Made by a program: the position numbers and the translations under genes. Shown piece by piece: positions 62,310-64,000 of a stretch of DNA of 64,000 bases. This DNA is from Hypanus sabinus (taxonomy: Eukaryota), in the NCBI RefSeq assembly GCF_030144855.1, contig NC_082709.1, forward strand, positions 45,880,001 through 45,944,000, read 5' to 3'. The stretch's first letter is position 1. The number at the start of each line of letters is the position of its first letter. The notes beneath the pieces were generated by a model that was not told where the DNA came from, did no database searches, and saw nothing but the letters and a program-made list of their open reading frames with translations.

Positions 62310-63690
62310 GTTTATTATTGTCACAGGTACAGTGAGAAACCTTGATTTGCTTGCCATCTATATGGATAATTCCATTACAACAGTACACTGACAGTAAAAA
62401 GGAAACAATAACAGAATGCAGAATAAAGCTTTATGATTACAGAGTAAGTGCAGACAATAGGGTGCAAGACCATACAAAGTAGATAGGGAGGTCTTTGATC
62501 TTATCGTACTAAGACACTGTCTTATATCAGCGGGATAGAAGCTGTCCTCGAGCCTGTTGTTACGTGCTTTTAGGTTTTTGTATCCTCTGTCCAATAGGAG
62601 AGAGGAGAATAGAGAATGGTCAGGGTGGATGGGGTTTTTGATGATGTTGTCTGCTTTACTGAGGCAATGAGAATCGTAGACAGAGTCTATGGAGGGGAGG
62701 CTTTTTTCATTGACGTGCTAAGGTGTGTCCACCACTCTCTGCAGTTTCTTGCAGTCATAGGCAGAACAGTTGCCATACCGAGCTGTGATGCAGCTATACA
62801 GGATAGTGCATTATTAAAAACTCTTGTGGGTTAAAGGGGACATGCCTAATTTCTTTAGCCTCCTGAGGAAGCAGAGTGAGCTTTCTTGGCCATGGTTGGA
62901 TTGGGACAAGCTACTGGTGGTGTTCAGTCCTAGGGACAGGAAGCTCTCAACCTCAGCATCATTCCCATAGGGAGGAGGATGTGGACATCCCACATCCCAC
63001 CATCAGCCCAACCTCCCCCCCCCCGAAGAAAATAGCAAGCTCTTTTACTTTACTGACATCGTTGTCATCAAACACAAGGGGATGTTGTCATGGCAACATG
63101 CCACAATCCTTCCTGTACTCTGACTCATTGTGATTTGAGGTTAGGCACACTATGGTGGTGTTGTCAACACACTTCTAAAAGGAGTTAGAGTGGAATCTGG
63201 CCATGCAGTTATGAGTTTTTAGGGAGTAGAGTAGGGGCTGAGGATGTAGCCTTGTGTGGCATCAGTGTTCAGGATAATCATGGAGGAGGTGTTACTGCCT
63301 CTCCTTACTGTTGGTCCAGAAGTCAAGGTTCCAGTTGCAAAAGGAAGTATTTTGAGTCCTAAATCTAGTTCAGAGCTAAATTTGCTTGGGATTACAGTAC
63401 TGAAGGCAGACGCATCGTCAATAAGCAATAGTCTAACATAGGAACAGATGCTCCGGAAATGAATGTAGGGCCAGGGAGATGATCTGGTATGGATCTGTTT
63501 TGGTGGTAGGTCAGTGTCGTTTGGGAGGCTGGAGCTGATGTGTGCCATGACCAGCTTTGTAATGGTGGCAGTCAGAGTCACCACACTGTAGTCATAAAGA
63601 CACCTTACCTTATTTTTCTTAGATACCAGGATGATAGTGGTGTCTGTAAAGCAGGTTGAAGTAGTATAGCAAGAGTAATATTGATGTGAT
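62310..63690 (-). mobile_element. Degenerate Rex1/Babar LINE (RT plus 3' region)
   Basis: ORF 63219-63737 YVRLLLIDDASAFSTVIPSK...LNTDATQGYILSP; ORF 62358 RGYKNLKARNNRLEDSFYP. Confidence 0.85.
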
Positions 63691-64000
63691 AGTCTATGCC
63701 AAGACCTTATCTCATTATTGTCCATTATTATATCCAAACCTCTTGCTTATTTTTCCATTTTGTCAGTCTTTTAGCAACATTACGAAACCTGTCATATTGA
63801 CATCCCAATATTGACATGTACATCCATATATCTATAATAGCTCTCGGAGCATTCTTTATACCACTAAATAAACCATCTATTACAGATGCCTTTCAGCTTT
63901 CAGAGAGAACATCTTTAATTTTTGCCTTGCCATTTTCCTGAATTTAGTCCATTAACCTTGTCTTCAGCTGAGCTCACGGGTACTTCCTTTCCGACTCTGC

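Overview
Eukaryotic, repeat-dense vertebrate DNA; the repeat repertoire (CR1, Rex1/Babar and Penelope retroelements, HE1-type V-SINEs) points to a cartilaginous fish, probably a ray (inference). The only host gene I can support is the 3' half of SPATS2L on the + strand: five coding exons (21055-21113, 31694-31803, 33578-33680, 34638-34834, 39237-39638) with GT-AG sites and phase-consistent junctions, plus a 3'UTR. The ORF track misses it entirely, and most of the recognisable ORFs in the track are transposon fragments or their antisense shadows. Other content: a near-full-length young CR1 LINE nested in an older CR1, a mariner-derived MITE, Gypsy remnants, two clean solo LTRs and a 13 x 56-bp minisatellite. 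The most interesting signal is a set of very short Penelope-derived insertions with perfect 12-14 bp target-site duplications, a common 3' end about 60 nt past a minimal hammerhead-ribozyme motif and, in two cases, an inverted head. Two of the hammerhead motifs lie in sense orientation inside SPATS2L introns. Hammerheads in Penelope elements are known in general; nothing here is a prokaryotic-type system. Repeat boundaries without a stated TSD are approximate.
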